Shown: in pieces, positions 1 through 10,457 of the stretch | How the letters are laid out: the number at the start of each line of letters is the position of its first letter | How positions within the stretch are numbered: position 1 is the stretch's first letter | NCBI GenBank assembly: GCA_965242525.1 | Contig: OZ251459.1 | Span: 128,001-192,000, forward strand | Origin: an uncultured Candidatus Binatia bacterium | Lineage (GTDB): Bacteria > Desulfobacterota > Binatia > UBA9968 > JAJDTQ01 | Direction: 5' to 3' | Length of the DNA stretch: 64,000 nt | Made by a program: the position numbers and the translations under genes | The notes under the pieces: model-generated | Database searches by the model: none | The model's input: the letters and a program-made list of their open reading frames with translations, nothing else | Told to the model about the DNA's origin: nothing

Positions 1-39
1 GCGGCGCCGTCGGGCCGGCGCCTGCCCGGACGGGCCCCC

Positions 40-954
40 TCAGGGCTCCGTCACCGCGATGCGGTCGTATTTCAGGTGGCGGTTGTACCAGTCCACCACC
101 TCGCCGGCGATCTGGTCGAAGTAGTCGTTATAGACCCCGTAGTGGGTGGTCTTGCGCAGCATGACGAGTTTCCTGGGCTCTCCCGCCTTCTCGTACATGC
201 GGACGGACTGCTCCTCCGGGGTGGTGGCGTCGTTCTCCACCGCGATGAACAGGACTCCCCGGGGCGCGATCCTGTGGACCACGTCCTCCGGCCGGTAGTC
301 CAGGATCTCCGCGGCGCACTGCAACGGCATCTGGTTGGGGATCTTGGACGCCACTTCCTTCTTGATGTTGGTGGTCTTGCGCTCCGGGGTCTGGACCATG
401 ATCTCCTCCCGGGCGGGCACGAGTTCGCCGGCGCCGGTGAGCACCCGCTGCCTGCGGTCCTTCTCGATGCGCTTGAGGTAGTCGAGCCACTCGTATTCCC
501 GGCGCATGGAATGGAGCCAGTCGCGGCCGTTGGCCACCCCCAGGTAGCACACCACGCACTTGACGCGGCTGTCGATGCCCGCCACCAGCACCGCGTTGCC
601 GCCCCCGGTGCCGCCGGACCCGTAGGTGGCGATGCGGTCGGAGTCCACGTCGTCGCGGGTCTCCATGTAGGTGATGGCGTTGCGGATGTCCTCCGCCTGC
701 CAGGTGGGCATCACCCAGCCCTTCTGCGGTCCTTCGCTCTCGCCCCAGCCCCGGTAGTCGAAGCACAGGCACGCGTAGCCCGCCTCGCACAACCGCTCGA
801 ACATCAGGATGTAGTGCTTGGCGTCCTTGAGTCCCAGGAAGCCCGGGCCCTGGACGATGCCCGGCCAGGGTTTCCCCTTGTCGCCGTCGGGCAGGTAGAG
901 GGTCCCGTGGACCTTGTAACCCTCGCTGTAGAAACGGACGTCTTCTTTTTGCAT
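40..954 (-). CDS. alpha/beta hydrolase (FrsA/S15/S9-like)
   Basis: ATG at 954 (MQKEDVRFYSEG). Motifs GTLYLP, FDYRGWGESEG and DxDRI, plus C-terminal D/H (VENDATTP, TTHYGVY). The ORF-track extension to 1122 overlaps the upstream gene. Confidence 0.85.
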   Translation of the reverse strand: MQKEDVRFYSEGYKVHGTLYLPDGDKGKPWPGIVQGPGFLGLKDAKHYILMFERLCEAGYACLCFDYRGWGESEGPQKGWVMPTWQAEDIRNAITYMETRDDVDSDRIATYGSGGTGGGNAVLVAGIDSRVKCVVCYLGVANGRDWLHSMRREYEWLDYLKRIEKDRRQRVLTGAGELVPAREEIMVQTPERKTTNIKKEVASKIPNQMPLQCAAEILDYRPEDVVHRIAPRGVLFIAVENDATTPEEQSVRMYEKAGEPRKLVMLRKTTHYGVYNDYFDQIAGEVVDWYNRHLKYDRIAVTEP

Positions 955-1039
955 GTGGCTCTCCCGGAAGCCCGCGGCGCGGAGCGGGCTTCCGCCTCGG
1001 GTCCGCCGGACCCGGGCTTCCGAACCCCGGCCAGGGGCG

Positions 1040-2029
1040 CTAGGCCCGCAGGGCCGGCAGCACTTCCTTGCCCAGCAGGTCGATCTGCTCGTACCAGTCC
1101 GCGTAGCGGAACCGCAGGTCATAGACGATGTGGTCGAGGCCGCCCTCCTCGTAGCGCTGCGAGTCCCGGACGACGTCTTCCGGCGTGCCCGCCAGCAGCA
1201 GCCCCTCGATGTCCTCCAGCCTGGAGAAGGTCCCCGAAGCCGGCTTGACCCAGGTGGGCTTCTTGTTGCCCTCGTTGATGAGTCCCGGGGCGTTGACCTT
1301 GCTCACCGCGGTGTCCTTGTCCCTGGCGATGCTGGTGATGGGGATGGCCCCGGTGGTGACCATGGGCTTGCCGGCCTTGTCGCAGAGGTCGTGCAGGTAT
1401 TCGATGCACTTGTGGAAGGTCGCCAGCGGGATGCGGCCGGGCATCCATCCGTCGCAGTAGTCCACCGCGCGGCGGCACGACGCCGGCGTGCCGCCGCCGT
1501 ACCAGATGGGGATGGGCGCCAACGGCGTGGGCTTGAGCTCCACGTCCTCGAAGGAGAAGTACTCGTCCTCGTAATCGACTTTCTCGCCGGCCCAGAGCCG
1601 CCGCACGATGTGGGAGTTGACCTTGGCGAGGTTGAAGCGGTCGTCGCGCGTGTTCTTGAGGCCGGCCGCGGCGAACTCGTGCTGGAACGTGCCCGCGCCG
1701 ATGCCCATGATGACCTTGCCGTCCGCCAGCACGCTCAGGGCCGCCATGCACTGGGCCAGGTGGATGGGGTGCCGGTGGGAGATGACGGTGCCCGTGCCCA
1801 GCGTCAGCTTCCTGCACACGGACGAGATCGCCGACAGGATGGCGACGCACTCGATGTGGGTGTTGTCCGTGCCTTCCATGCCGTGGGGCTCGAAGACCAG
1901 GTGGTCGCGCACCCAGACGGAATCGAACCCGTAGGACTCCGCCAGCTTCGACCCCTCGATGCACTTCTCGGCCGATCCCTGGTCCCCGAAATGGGGCAGG
2001 AGCAGCCCGAACTTCAGTTTCGTCGCCAT
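1040..2029 (-). CDS. LLM-class flavin-dependent oxidoreductase
   Basis: KFGLLLP, AESYGFDSVWVRDH, LGTG, IPIWYGG and DGWMP are luciferase-like TIM-barrel motifs; GGAGG RBS upstream. Confidence 0.9.
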   Translation of the reverse strand: MATKLKFGLLLPHFGDQGSAEKCIEGSKLAESYGFDSVWVRDHLVFEPHGMEGTDNTHIECVAILSAISSVCRKLTLGTGTVISHRHPIHLAQCMAALSVLADGKVIMGIGAGTFQHEFAAAGLKNTRDDRFNLAKVNSHIVRRLWAGEKVDYEDEYFSFEDVELKPTPLAPIPIWYGGGTPASCRRAVDYCDGWMPGRIPLATFHKCIEYLHDLCDKAGKPMVTTGAIPITSIARDKDTAVSKVNAPGLINEGNKKPTWVKPASGTFSRLEDIEGLLLAGTPEDVVRDSQRYEEGGLDHIVYDLRFRYADWYEQIDLLGKEVLPALRA

Positions 2030-2269
2030 GACTCAGCCCTCCTTGTGGTCTGTCGAACCGGATGAAAACCCTGCGTATCCGGCGGCCGAAGGATTCGAGC
2101 GTCCCGGAAACGGGCGGTTGCAGCGCGTGGCCGAACGGCGCCGCTCCGCGCTCTCCTCGTCTCGACCGCAACCGATGCCGTCACTGCGAAGAACCATGAA
2201 CCATGCGGCCGGGCAGGGTTGTTGGACCGCATTACGGAGTTCACTTCTCGCCTGGTAACCGAGCCGCGT

Positions 2270-2299
2270 ATCATAGACCCGCCTCCCGAGCACTGTCAA
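2270..2299 (-). promoter_or_regulatory. sigma70-like promoter for the LLM/hydrolase operon
   Basis: Minus strand TTGACA (2299-2294)-N18-TATGAT (2275-2270). Confidence 0.6.
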
Positions 2300-2519
2300 G
2301 CGCGCCCGCTCCCCCCAAGTCCACCACCCGGTCGGCGGCGGGCGGGTGCGCCGGTCCTGCCCACGCCCCGGTTCACGTCCCGGTTCCGCCTTGAAACCCC
2401 GTGCGGGATTTGCCATGTTCCCCGCGGCCATGCGTTCCTTGCCCCTCCTGCACGCCGGTCCCGCGGCACACGCCGCGTTGCGCGCCGCGCGGACCCCGGC
2501 GGGCGGTCGTTGAGCGGAC

Positions 2520-5500
2520 ATGTTCACGGATTACTTCCTCACCCGCGGCATAAGGGAGACGCCCGAGTGGAAGGCGTCGGTCTCCCGGCCGGAAGCCTTT
2601 GCCGCCTTTCGGGACGGCGTTGCACGGCGCCATGAGGCCCTCGGCCGGTCTCACGAGCCCAACGAGGCCCAGACCGAGCAGGACCTGGTCCGTCCCGTCC
2701 TGGAGTCGTTGGGATGGACCGACTACCTGCCGCAACAGGGTACGGAGGACGTTCCCGACCACCTGCTGTTTGCGGACGCCGAAGCCAGGGCGTTGGCCGA
2801 GACCGAACGCAACCCCGGGGAGCGTATCCGGTACGCCGCGGCGGTGCAGGAGAGCAAACGCTTCGGTCTGTCCCTGGCCGCCCGGAGCCCGGAGGGCAAG
2901 ACGCGGGCGGAGACGCCTCACAGGCAGGTCCTTCGGTATCTCGCCACCGCGGAGAGCGTTTCGGACGGCCGCGTGCGCTGGGGCATACTGACCAACGGCG
3001 GCGTGTGGCGTCTCTACGACGGGCGCGCCCGGCCCCGGGACAGCGGCTACTTCGAGGTCGATCTGGGGGAAGCGCTCCGCTCGGACGACGACGACCTTCT
3101 CCGCGCCTTCCGCCTGTTGTTCGGCCGGGACGCCTTCACGCTCCGGGAGGGCGCCAAGGCCACTTTCCTGGAAACCGCCCTCGCGGAGGGACGACGCTAC
3201 GAGGAGCAGGTGGCGCGGGACCTGTCCGGCGTGGTGTTCAACCGCGTCTTTCCCAACCTCGTCGGGGCGCTGGCGGACCATACGACCGAGGAGCTTCCCG
3301 AAATACGCCAGGCGGCGCTGATCTTCCTCTACCGACTGCTGTTCGTCTTCTACGCGGAGGACAGGGGGCTGCTGCCGGTCAACGATTCGCGTTACGACGA
3401 CTACGGAGCACGCGAGGGGGTGCGGGACGATGTGGCCCGCAGGACGGCCGACGGGGACGCCTTTTCCGCCGTGGCCGCCAACTACCACGACCGCCTGACC
3501 ACGCTCTTCAAGCTCGTGAACGAGGGTGACGAATCCATCGGACTGCCGCCCTACAACGGCGGCCTGTTCGGTTCGGACGCCGCGCCGCTGCTGGACGAGG
3601 TCCGCCTGCCCGATGCCGCGGTCGCTCCCATCATCCATGACCTCAGCCACGTCGAGGACGCGGACGGGAAGGGTCCGCGTTTCGTCAACTACCGGGACAT
3701 GTCCGTGCAGCAACTCGGTTCGATCTACGAGCGGCTGCTGGAGCAGGAACCGGTCCGCAACGAGGACGGCGCCATCGTGGTCCGTCCCAACCCCTACGCC
3801 CGCAAGGACAGCGGCAGCTTCTTCACCCCCCAGGAGTTGGTGGACCTGATCGTGGACCGGACCCTGAAACCGCTGGTCGAAGAGCGGCGCGAAGCGTTCG
3901 AACGGAAGGCCGCGGAACTGCGGAGCGACCGTCGTCCCAAGGCCCGGCGCAAGGCGGAGTTGCTCGACCTGGACCCCGCGGAGGCGGTGCTGAACCTGAA
4001 GGTGCTCGACCCGTCCATGGGCAGCGGCCACTTCCTGGTCACCGCGGTGGATTTCCTCGCCGACGCCGTGGCCGATCTGGTGGAGCAGGCGTCGGCGATC
4101 CCGGAATGGCTCGACGGCGGTTACGTGTCGCCGTTGGTGGAGCGCGTGGCGGCCATCCGCGGAGACCTCCTGCAACGGGCGCGGGAGTCCGGCTGGGTGC
4201 TGGACGAGGCGCAGCTCACCGACTCGGCCATCATCCGCCGCATGGTGCTCAAGCGCTGCATCTACGGCGTGGACAAGAACCCCCTCACGGTAGAGTTGGC
4301 CAAGGTGTCGCTGTGGCTCCACAGCTTCACGGTGGGCGCGCCGCTCTCGTTCCTGGACCACCACCTGCGCTGCGGCGACTCCCTGGTGGGCATGCGTGTG
4401 GCGGCGGCTACGGAGGACCTGCGCAAGTTCGCCGTCCTGTTCTTCTCCGGCGCCATCGCCGCAACCGAGGCCGCCAGTCGAGGGATGGAGCGCATCGAGG
4501 AGTTGTCCGACGCCGACATCTCGGAGGTGCAGGAGTCGGCGAACCTGTTCGCGGAAGTCGACAAGGGCACCGCGGAGTTGCGCGGCCTGCTCGACTTCCT
4601 CTGCGGTTTCCGGTGGTTGACCGCGGGAAGGAAGAAGAAGGATCTCGCCGCCTTCGAGGCCCCTCTGGCAGAGACCCTGGGCCGACACTTGGCGGACGCC
4701 TGGAAGCTGCTGGTGGAGGGGCCGGACAGCCTTGCCGACGAAACGACCACCGACCACAACGGCTCCCGGGCGGCCTTCGGGGCGACGTGGGAGGAAGCCC
4801 GCTCCATCGCCGGCCGTGAGCGTTTCCTCCACTGGGACTTGGCTTTTCCCGGGGTATGGCGCCGTTGGCATGACCCGCGCCCCGCAGGAGGCTTCGACGC
4901 GGTCATCGGCAACCCGCCGTGGGACCGCATCAAGCTGCAGGAGGTGGAGTGGTTTGCGACCCGCGATTCTGCCATCGCCCACGCCCAGACCGATGCGGAA
5001 CGAAAAAAGCGCGTCAGGCGGCTGCGTCAGCAGGGGGCGTCCCTTGCGGCCGAGTTCGACGACGCCAAGGCCGAGGCCGAGAGCCGGAGCCGGATGGTCC
5101 GCTCCCACGGCGATTACCCTCTGCTCGGCCGCGGCGACGTCAACATCTATTCGCTCTTCGTGGAGCGGGCCATGCAACTGGTGAAGCCGGACGGGTTCGT
5201 GGGACTGCTTACGCCATCGGGCATCTATGGCGATCTGACCGCAGCGCCATTTTTCCAGATGGTCTCCACCAGCGGACGGGTAGCCGCATTGTTCGACTTC
5301 CAGAACCAACCTCCCTCCTATACCGGCAAGCCGCGGTTCTTCCCGGCCGTGCACCCGAGTCTCAAATTCTGTGCCATCGTTTTCGGCGGAGAGGAGCGAA
5401 AGTTCCCTCGCACCGACTACGCCTTCTTCCTGGACGGCACCCAAACCATCCAGGATCCGGATAGGTGCTTCTCGCTGACGCCGGCAGACTTCGCCCGGAT

Positions 5501-6584
5501 CAACCCGAACACCGGCACCACTCCGGTTTTCCGCACCCGCCGGGACGCGGAGATCACCCGTCGGGTCCATGAGCGTCATCCGCTGCTGGTGGACCGTTCG
5601 ACGGATGTAGAACGGCGCGCTTGGCCGGTCCGGTACGTGCGGATGTTCGACATGACCAATGATTCCATGCTGTTCCGAACCCGGGCGCAACTCGAAGCCG
5701 ACGGCTTCTACCCCGTCCGGGGGAACCGCTGGAAACGCGGGGAAGAATTCTGCTGGCCGCTGTACGAAGGCAAGATGGTGCAGGCCTTCGATCACCGCGC
5801 CGCCAGCGTCGTGGTCAACCCGAAGAACCTGAACCGCCCCGCCCAGCCCAGGACCACGACCCTTGAAGAGCACGCCGATCCGAACTGGCTGCCCAATCCG
5901 CAATTCTGGGTCCGCGCGGATGCCTTTGAATGGCCGTGGGAGTTGGATTGGGTCTTGGGATTCAAGGAAATTACTGCGCCGACCAACAGGCGCACCATGA
6001 TTAGCTCGCTGTTGCCGAAGGCGGCGTTTGGGAACAAGACGCCTGTCTTCCTCCCGGTTTACGGCGACCCTTGCGATACCGCGGCTGCCTACAAGGACTC
6101 TGCTCCTTCCCTGGTTGCGAACTTCAACAGTCTGGCGTTCGACTTCGTTACACGGCAGAAGATCCACGGGCAGACACTGAACCTGTACATCGTCGAGCAA
6201 CTTCCCGTTATCGCGCCCGATGGCTACAACCGGCGTTTCGGGAACGCCGCGGCCCGAGACCTCGTCCGCGACCACGTGCTCCGCCTCACCTACACCGCCC
6301 ACGATATGGCCCCCTTCGCCCGTGACCTCGGCTACGACGGTCCGCCTTTCATCTGGGACGAAGAGGAACGCCGCCACCTGCGGGCGCGGCTCGACGCCCT
6401 CTACTTCCACCTCTACGGAATCGACCGGGACGACGCAGAATACATCCTGAGCACCTTCCCCATCGTCCGCCGCGAAGACGAAGCCGAGTTCGGCCACTAC
6501 CGCACCCGTGACCTCATCCTCGCCTACATGAACGCCCTGGCCGCGGGAGACACGGAAAGCGTGGTGGCCGTCGGCCCGAAGTAG
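2520..6584 (+). CDS. Type IIG restriction-modification enzyme (Eco57I-like REase-N6-MTase-TRD fusion)
   Basis: PD...ESK nuclease motif (VPDHLLF...QESKR), LGSIYERLL, GSFFTP, motif I LDPSMGSGHFL, motif IV NPPW, C-terminal TRD. Confidence 0.9.
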   Translation: MFTDYFLTRGIRETPEWKASVSRPEAFAAFRDGVARRHEALGRSHEPNEAQTEQDLVRPVLESLGWTDYLPQQGTEDVPDHLLFADAEARALAETERNPGERIRYAAAVQESKRFGLSLAARSPEGKTRAETPHRQVLRYLATAESVSDGRVRWGILTNGGVWRLYDGRARPRDSGYFEVDLGEALRSDDDDLLRAFRLLFGRDAFTLREGAKATFLETALAEGRRYEEQVARDLSGVVFNRVFPNLVGALADHTTEELPEIRQAALIFLYRLLFVFYAEDRGLLPVNDSRYDDYGAREGVRDDVARRTADGDAFSAVAANYHDRLTTLFKLVNEGDESIGLPPYNGGLFGSDAAPLLDEVRLPDAAVAPIIHDLSHVEDADGKGPRFVNYRDMSVQQLGSIYERLLEQEPVRNEDGAIVVRPNPYARKDSGSFFTPQELVDLIVDRTLKPLVEERREAFERKAAELRSDRRPKARRKAELLDLDPAEAVLNLKVLDPSMGSGHFLVTAVDFLADAVADLVEQASAIPEWLDGGYVSPLVERVAAIRGDLLQRARESGWVLDEAQLTDSAIIRRMVLKRCIYGVDKNPLTVELAKVSLWLHSFTVGAPLSFLDHHLRCGDSLVGMRVAAATEDLRKFAVLFFSGAIAATEAASRGMERIEELSDADISEVQESANLFAEVDKGTAELRGLLDFLCGFRWLTAGRKKKDLAAFEAPLAETLGRHLADAWKLLVEGPDSLADETTTDHNGSRAAFGATWEEARSIAGRERFLHWDLAFPGVWRRWHDPRPAGGFDAVIGNPPWDRIKLQEVEWFATRDSAIAHAQTDAERKKRVRRLRQQGASLAAEFDDAKAEAESRSRMVRSHGDYPLLGRGDVNIYSLFVERAMQLVKPDGFVGLLTPSGIYGDLTAAPFFQMVSTSGRVAALFDFQNQPPSYTGKPRFFPAVHPSLKFCAIVFGGEERKFPRTDYAFFLDGTQTIQDPDRCFSLTPADFARINPNTGTTPVFRTRRDAEITRRVHERHPLLVDRSTDVERRAWPVRYVRMFDMTNDSMLFRTRAQLEADGFYPVRGNRWKRGEEFCWPLYEGKMVQAFDHRAASVVVNPKNLNRPAQPRTTTLEEHADPNWLPNPQFWVRADAFEWPWELDWVLGFKEITAPTNRRTMISSLLPKAAFGNKTPVFLPVYGDPCDTAAAYKDSAPSLVANFNSLAFDFVTRQKIHGQTLNLYIVEQLPVIAPDGYNRRFGNAAARDLVRDHVLRLTYTAHDMAPFARDLGYDGPPFIWDEEERRHLRARLDALYFHLYGIDRDDAEYILSTFPIVRREDEAEFGHYRTRDLILAYMNALAAGDTESVVAVGPK

Positions 6585-6753
6585 CCTCGTGCGTTCCACA
6601 AGGCGGCGCATACGGAAAGACCGCTGCGAGAAGAAGACCGGTCATGGTCCCGTCCGCTCCTTCTTGTGGCCGGACGGGAATTGGTCTAAGAACCCTGTCC
6701 ATCCCGACCGTGCGCCGGTGGGCTGCGCGCAGGGGGGAACCCAGGGAGGAACC

Positions 6754-7701
6754 ATGAGCGATTTCTACAGTGAGTGGCTGGGCGTCACGGAACGGAACGA
6801 GAAGTTCGTGGAGGACGCCCCCAGGGTGGCGCGCCACAAGGACTTGGCGTGGGTACGGACGCGCCAGGACGCCAGGGCGGCGCTCATGATCGCCCCGGAG
6901 TTGGGCTTCCCCACCGGGGGCAGCCTGATGATGCGCGCGGAGATCCCCGTGGGATGGCATACGGGCCTCCACAGCCACGGGGAGGAGGCCATCTACGTGG
7001 AGAGCGGCAACGGCTTCCTGCTGCTGGACGGAAAGCGCTACGACTTCGGTCCCGGCACCGTCCTGCACGTGCCGTACCGGTCCCGGCACCAGTTGTTCAA
7101 TACGGGCGACGCGCCGGTGGGCTATCTCTCGGGGCTGGCTTGGCACCTGGAGGCTTCGGTCTATATGGGCCGCATGGACCAGTTCGAGGACTGCGGCGAG
7201 AACGAGGCAGCGGCGCTGGCCGGCATCGGACCGGAGGAGTCCCAGTACTGGCCGGAGGACCAACGGCGCATCTCCATGCGTCAGGACCAGCACGAGCTCT
7301 CGGCCGAGTCCAAGCACGGCGCCACCTATTTCCTCATGGGCCGCAGCGGCAACCGCAACGGCTTCAAGGCCACGGCCGCGGCCATCAGCTCCATCTTCGT
7401 GGAGTTGCCGCGCTCCAAGAGCCACAGCCACGCCCACCCGGAGGCGTACCTCTACGCTCTTCAGGGGGCCGGCTACTCGGAGATCGGCGGTAGGCAGTAC
7501 ACCTGGGAGCAGGGAGACGCGGTGCACGTCCCCCCGGGCATGATGCACCACCAGCACTTCAACCCCAGCGACGGCGAGACCCGCGAGCTCCGGTTCGAGT
7601 TCGGCATCCGCTACTGGCTGGTGGACCAGTGGAAGGGCTACGCCACCATCGACAAGCACCTCAAGGCCATGTCCATGGACGAGGACGACGAGGACAAGTA
7701 G
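6754..7701 (+). CDS. bicupin protein (gentisate dioxygenase-like fold)
   Basis: GGAGGA RBS then ATG 6754; two cupin motifs HSHGEE...HQLFN and HAHPE...HQHFN. Confidence 0.8.
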   Translation: MSDFYSEWLGVTERNEKFVEDAPRVARHKDLAWVRTRQDARAALMIAPELGFPTGGSLMMRAEIPVGWHTGLHSHGEEAIYVESGNGFLLLDGKRYDFGPGTVLHVPYRSRHQLFNTGDAPVGYLSGLAWHLEASVYMGRMDQFEDCGENEAAALAGIGPEESQYWPEDQRRISMRQDQHELSAESKHGATYFLMGRSGNRNGFKATAAAISSIFVELPRSKSHSHAHPEAYLYALQGAGYSEIGGRQYTWEQGDAVHVPPGMMHHQHFNPSDGETRELRFEFGIRYWLVDQWKGYATIDKHLKAMSMDEDDEDK

Positions 7702-7731
7702 CCGGCGGCCCGAGGGCGGAGGACCCCCGCG

Positions 7732-9786
7732 CTATTCCCCGATCCCCGCAAGGTCCAGGAGGAAGGCGTATTCCAGCGCCACCTCGCGGTAGCGCTTGAA
7801 GCGGCCGGACGCGCCGCCGTGCCCCGCGTCCATGTTGGTCTTGAGCAGCAGCCGGTTGCGGCCGGTCCCGGCGGCGCGCAGCTTGGCGACCCACTTGGCC
7901 GGCTCCCAGTACTGCACCTGGGAGTCGTGCAGCCCGGTGGTCACCAGCATGTGGGGGTACTCCCCGGCCTCCACGTTGTCGTAGGGGGAGTACGACAGCA
8001 TGTAGTCGTAGTACTCCTTGTCGTTGGGGTTGCCCCACTCGTCGTACTCGCCGGTGGTGAGGGGGATGTCCGGGTCGAGCATGGTGGTGACCACGTCCAC
8101 GAACGGGACCTGGGCCACCACGCCCTCGAACAAATCCGGGCGCATGTTCACCACCGCCCCCATCAACATCCCGCCGGCGCTTCCGCCCATGGCGAACAGC
8201 CGATCCGGGGCAGTGTAGCCTTGGGCGATCAGGTGCTCGGCGCAGGCGATGAAGTCGGTGAACGTGTTCTTCTTCCTGAGCAGCTTGCCGTCCTCGTACC
8301 AGGAACGCCCCAACTCCTCGCCGCCCCGGACGTGGGCGATGGCGAAGGTGAAGCCCCGGTCCAGCAGGCTCAACCGCGCCGACCCGAAGCTGGCGTCCAG
8401 GCTGTGGCCGTAGGAGCCGTAACCGTAGAGCAGCAGCGGGTTCCCGCCGGCCCGTTCCATCCCCTTGCGGCGCACCAGCGACAGGGGGACCCGGACGCCG
8501 TCCGGCGCCGTCGCGTGGAGCCGCTCCGTGCGGTAGTTCCCGGGGTCGAACCCGCCCAGCACCTCCTCCCGCTTGAGCAGGGTCTTCTCGCGGGTGGCCA
8601 TGTCGTAGTCATAGACCGAGTTCGGGGTGGTCATGGAGGTGTAGCCGTAGCGCAGCACCGTGGTGTCGAACTCGGGGTTGACGCTCACCCGCGCCAGGTA
8701 CGCGGGCTCGTCGAAGTCCAGGTAGTGGTCTTCCCCTCCGTTCCGGGCCATGACCCGGATGCGCACGAGCCCGTCGCGCCGCTCTTCCAGCACTAGGTGG
8801 TCCCTGAACACCTCGAAGCCTTCCAGCAGCACGTCCGGTCGGTGCGGGACCACCTCCCGCCAGTGCTCCTTGCCGGTCCGGTCCAGCGGCGCCGCCATCA
8901 GGCGGAAGTTCTTCGCCCGGTGGTTGGTGTGGACGAAGAAGCGGTCCTCGAAGTGTTCCACCGCGTACTCGTGGTCCCGCTCCCGGGGCAGGAAGACCGT
9001 GAACTCGCCCTCGGGGTCGTCGGCGTCGAGATAGCGGTACTCGCTGCTCAGGGTCTGGGAGGAGACGACCATCAGGTATCTCCTGGACTTGGTCTTGAAC
9101 ACGTGGGTCGAGAAGGCGTCGTCGGCCTCTTCGTAAACCAGCACGTCCTCGGCCGTGTCGGTTCCCAGCACGTGCCGGTAGATGCGGTGCGACCGCAGGG
9201 TCTCGGGGTCCTGCCGGGCGTAGAAGAGGGTTCGGTCGTCGTTGGCCCAGGTCATGTTCGCGGTGGCCTCCGGGATGACGTCCGCCAGGGTCTCGCCGGT
9301 GGCGAGGTCCTTGAACCGGATGGCGTAGATGCGCCGCCCCCGGCTGTCGGTCGCGTAGGCGAGCAGGTCCTGGCCGAAGCTCACGGCGAGGCCGCCCACG
9401 GCGAAGAACTCGTGGCCCTCGGCCAGCGCGTTCACGTCGAGCATGAGCTGCTCCGGGTTGTCGAGGGAACGGCGCTTGCGGGCGTGCAGGGGGTATTCCC
9501 TGCCCTCCTCGTAGCGGGTGTAATAATAGTAGTCGTCCCGCCTGTAGGGGACGGACATGTCGGTTTCCCTGATCCGCCCCTTGATCTCCCGGAACAGCTT
9601 CTCCTCGAGTCCCCGGACGTGCGCCAGCGTCGTCCTGGTGCGCTCGTTCTCGGCCTCCAGGTACGCCAGGGTGTCGGGGTCGTCCCGGTCCCGCAACCAG
9701 TAGTAGTCGTCGGTGCGCACGTGGCCGTGATGCTCGAGTCGGTGCGGGACCGCCTTGGCTTCCGCGGGTCTTCGGGTTTTCTCCAT
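7732..9786 (-). CDS. ptrB: oligopeptidase B (S9A)
   Basis: DDYYWLRD N-terminus, GGSAGG nucleophile, DSQV, DAGHGGASGRF. Confidence 0.95.
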   Translation of the reverse strand: MEKTRRPAEAKAVPHRLEHHGHVRTDDYYWLRDRDDPDTLAYLEAENERTRTTLAHVRGLEEKLFREIKGRIRETDMSVPYRRDDYYYYTRYEEGREYPLHARKRRSLDNPEQLMLDVNALAEGHEFFAVGGLAVSFGQDLLAYATDSRGRRIYAIRFKDLATGETLADVIPEATANMTWANDDRTLFYARQDPETLRSHRIYRHVLGTDTAEDVLVYEEADDAFSTHVFKTKSRRYLMVVSSQTLSSEYRYLDADDPEGEFTVFLPRERDHEYAVEHFEDRFFVHTNHRAKNFRLMAAPLDRTGKEHWREVVPHRPDVLLEGFEVFRDHLVLEERRDGLVRIRVMARNGGEDHYLDFDEPAYLARVSVNPEFDTTVLRYGYTSMTTPNSVYDYDMATREKTLLKREEVLGGFDPGNYRTERLHATAPDGVRVPLSLVRRKGMERAGGNPLLLYGYGSYGHSLDASFGSARLSLLDRGFTFAIAHVRGGEELGRSWYEDGKLLRKKNTFTDFIACAEHLIAQGYTAPDRLFAMGGSAGGMLMGAVVNMRPDLFEGVVAQVPFVDVVTTMLDPDIPLTTGEYDEWGNPNDKEYYDYMLSYSPYDNVEAGEYPHMLVTTGLHDSQVQYWEPAKWVAKLRAAGTGRNRLLLKTNMDAGHGGASGRFKRYREVALEYAFLLDLAGIGE

Positions 9787-9804
9787 GCGGCCACCTTACC
9801 ACAA

Positions 9805-9938
9805 AGGAACCTCCGAACAATCGGGACAGGAGGCATGAGCGCGTCCTTCGACTCCGCTTCGCTACGCTCGGGACGAACGGGGATAGGGGGTCAAGGTGGG
9901 GGAACCACCCTGGATGTCTCGATTGTTCAGAGGTTCCT
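9805..9938 (+). mobile_element. MITE-like element, copy A
   Basis: TIRs AGGAACCTCCGAACAATCGGGACA / TGTCTCGATTGTTCAGAGGTTCCT (22/24 complementary) enclose the core GCGCGTCCTTCGACTCCGCTTCGCTACGCTCGGGACGAACGGG. Confidence 0.8.
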
Positions 9939-9978
9939 GAAGCCGCGGGCCCGCCACCGAAGGGGACGTGGCCCGCGG

Positions 9979-10130
9979 CGGGTGCGCCCGGGCAGGCATG
10001 GGAGCACGGCAGGGTCGCTGTAGGCTGCTGCGCTCGTCAGCTATGCGTTCGCAGGCGTGGAGCACGCGAAACTTGACTACGCCACGTGCGAGATCGAGAT
10101 CGGTGCGCCCGGACAGGCATGGAGCACGCC
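9979..10130. repeat. three degenerate ~27-29 bp repeats at ~60 bp period
   Basis: GGTGCGCCCGGGCAGGCATGGGAGCAC (9981), ...GCAGGCGTGGAGCAC (10051), GGTGCGCCCGGACAGGCATGGAGCAC (10102). Confidence 0.55.
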
Positions 10131-10178
10131 GCGGACTGGGCAACGTTTGAGCGCATGGCCTCGACGTGGTATCTCTTG

Positions 10179-10377
10179 AGGAACGTCTGAACCATCGAGA
10201 CGTGGAGGGTGGATTCCCTCACCTGACCCTCCTGTCCCCGTTCGTCCTGAGCGTGGGCAGGGAGGCGTGGAAGGGTGGTCGATGGGCTGCCTCCCATCTC
10301 CGTTCGTCCTGAGCGTAGCGAAGCGGAGTCGAAGGACGCGCTCATGTCCCCCCTGTCCCGGTTGTCCAGGGTTTCCT
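10179..10377 (-). mobile_element. MITE-like element, copy B (with partial core duplication)
   Basis: Same TIR family and core in reverse orientation; extra CCGTTCGTCCTGAGCGT at ~10238. Confidence 0.75.
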
Positions 10378-10457
10378 CGATACCGAATCGACGGCAGATG
10401 ACGGTAGATGCCGTGTGGACGGGACGGCGAGGGTCCGGCAGTCGATGACCGGTCCGT

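Noticed and set aside
2373-6611. Long antisense and alternative-frame ORFs (e.g. 2373-6611, 19546-23685, 29276-32593, 40310-43426, 47916-50126)
   Set aside because: Shadow ORFs of high-GC genes; they overlap well-supported CDSs and have no recognisable motifs.
9979-10130. Formal CRISPR array call
   Set aside because: Only three degenerate units, irregular period, no cas genes or leader; kept only as a low-interest finding.
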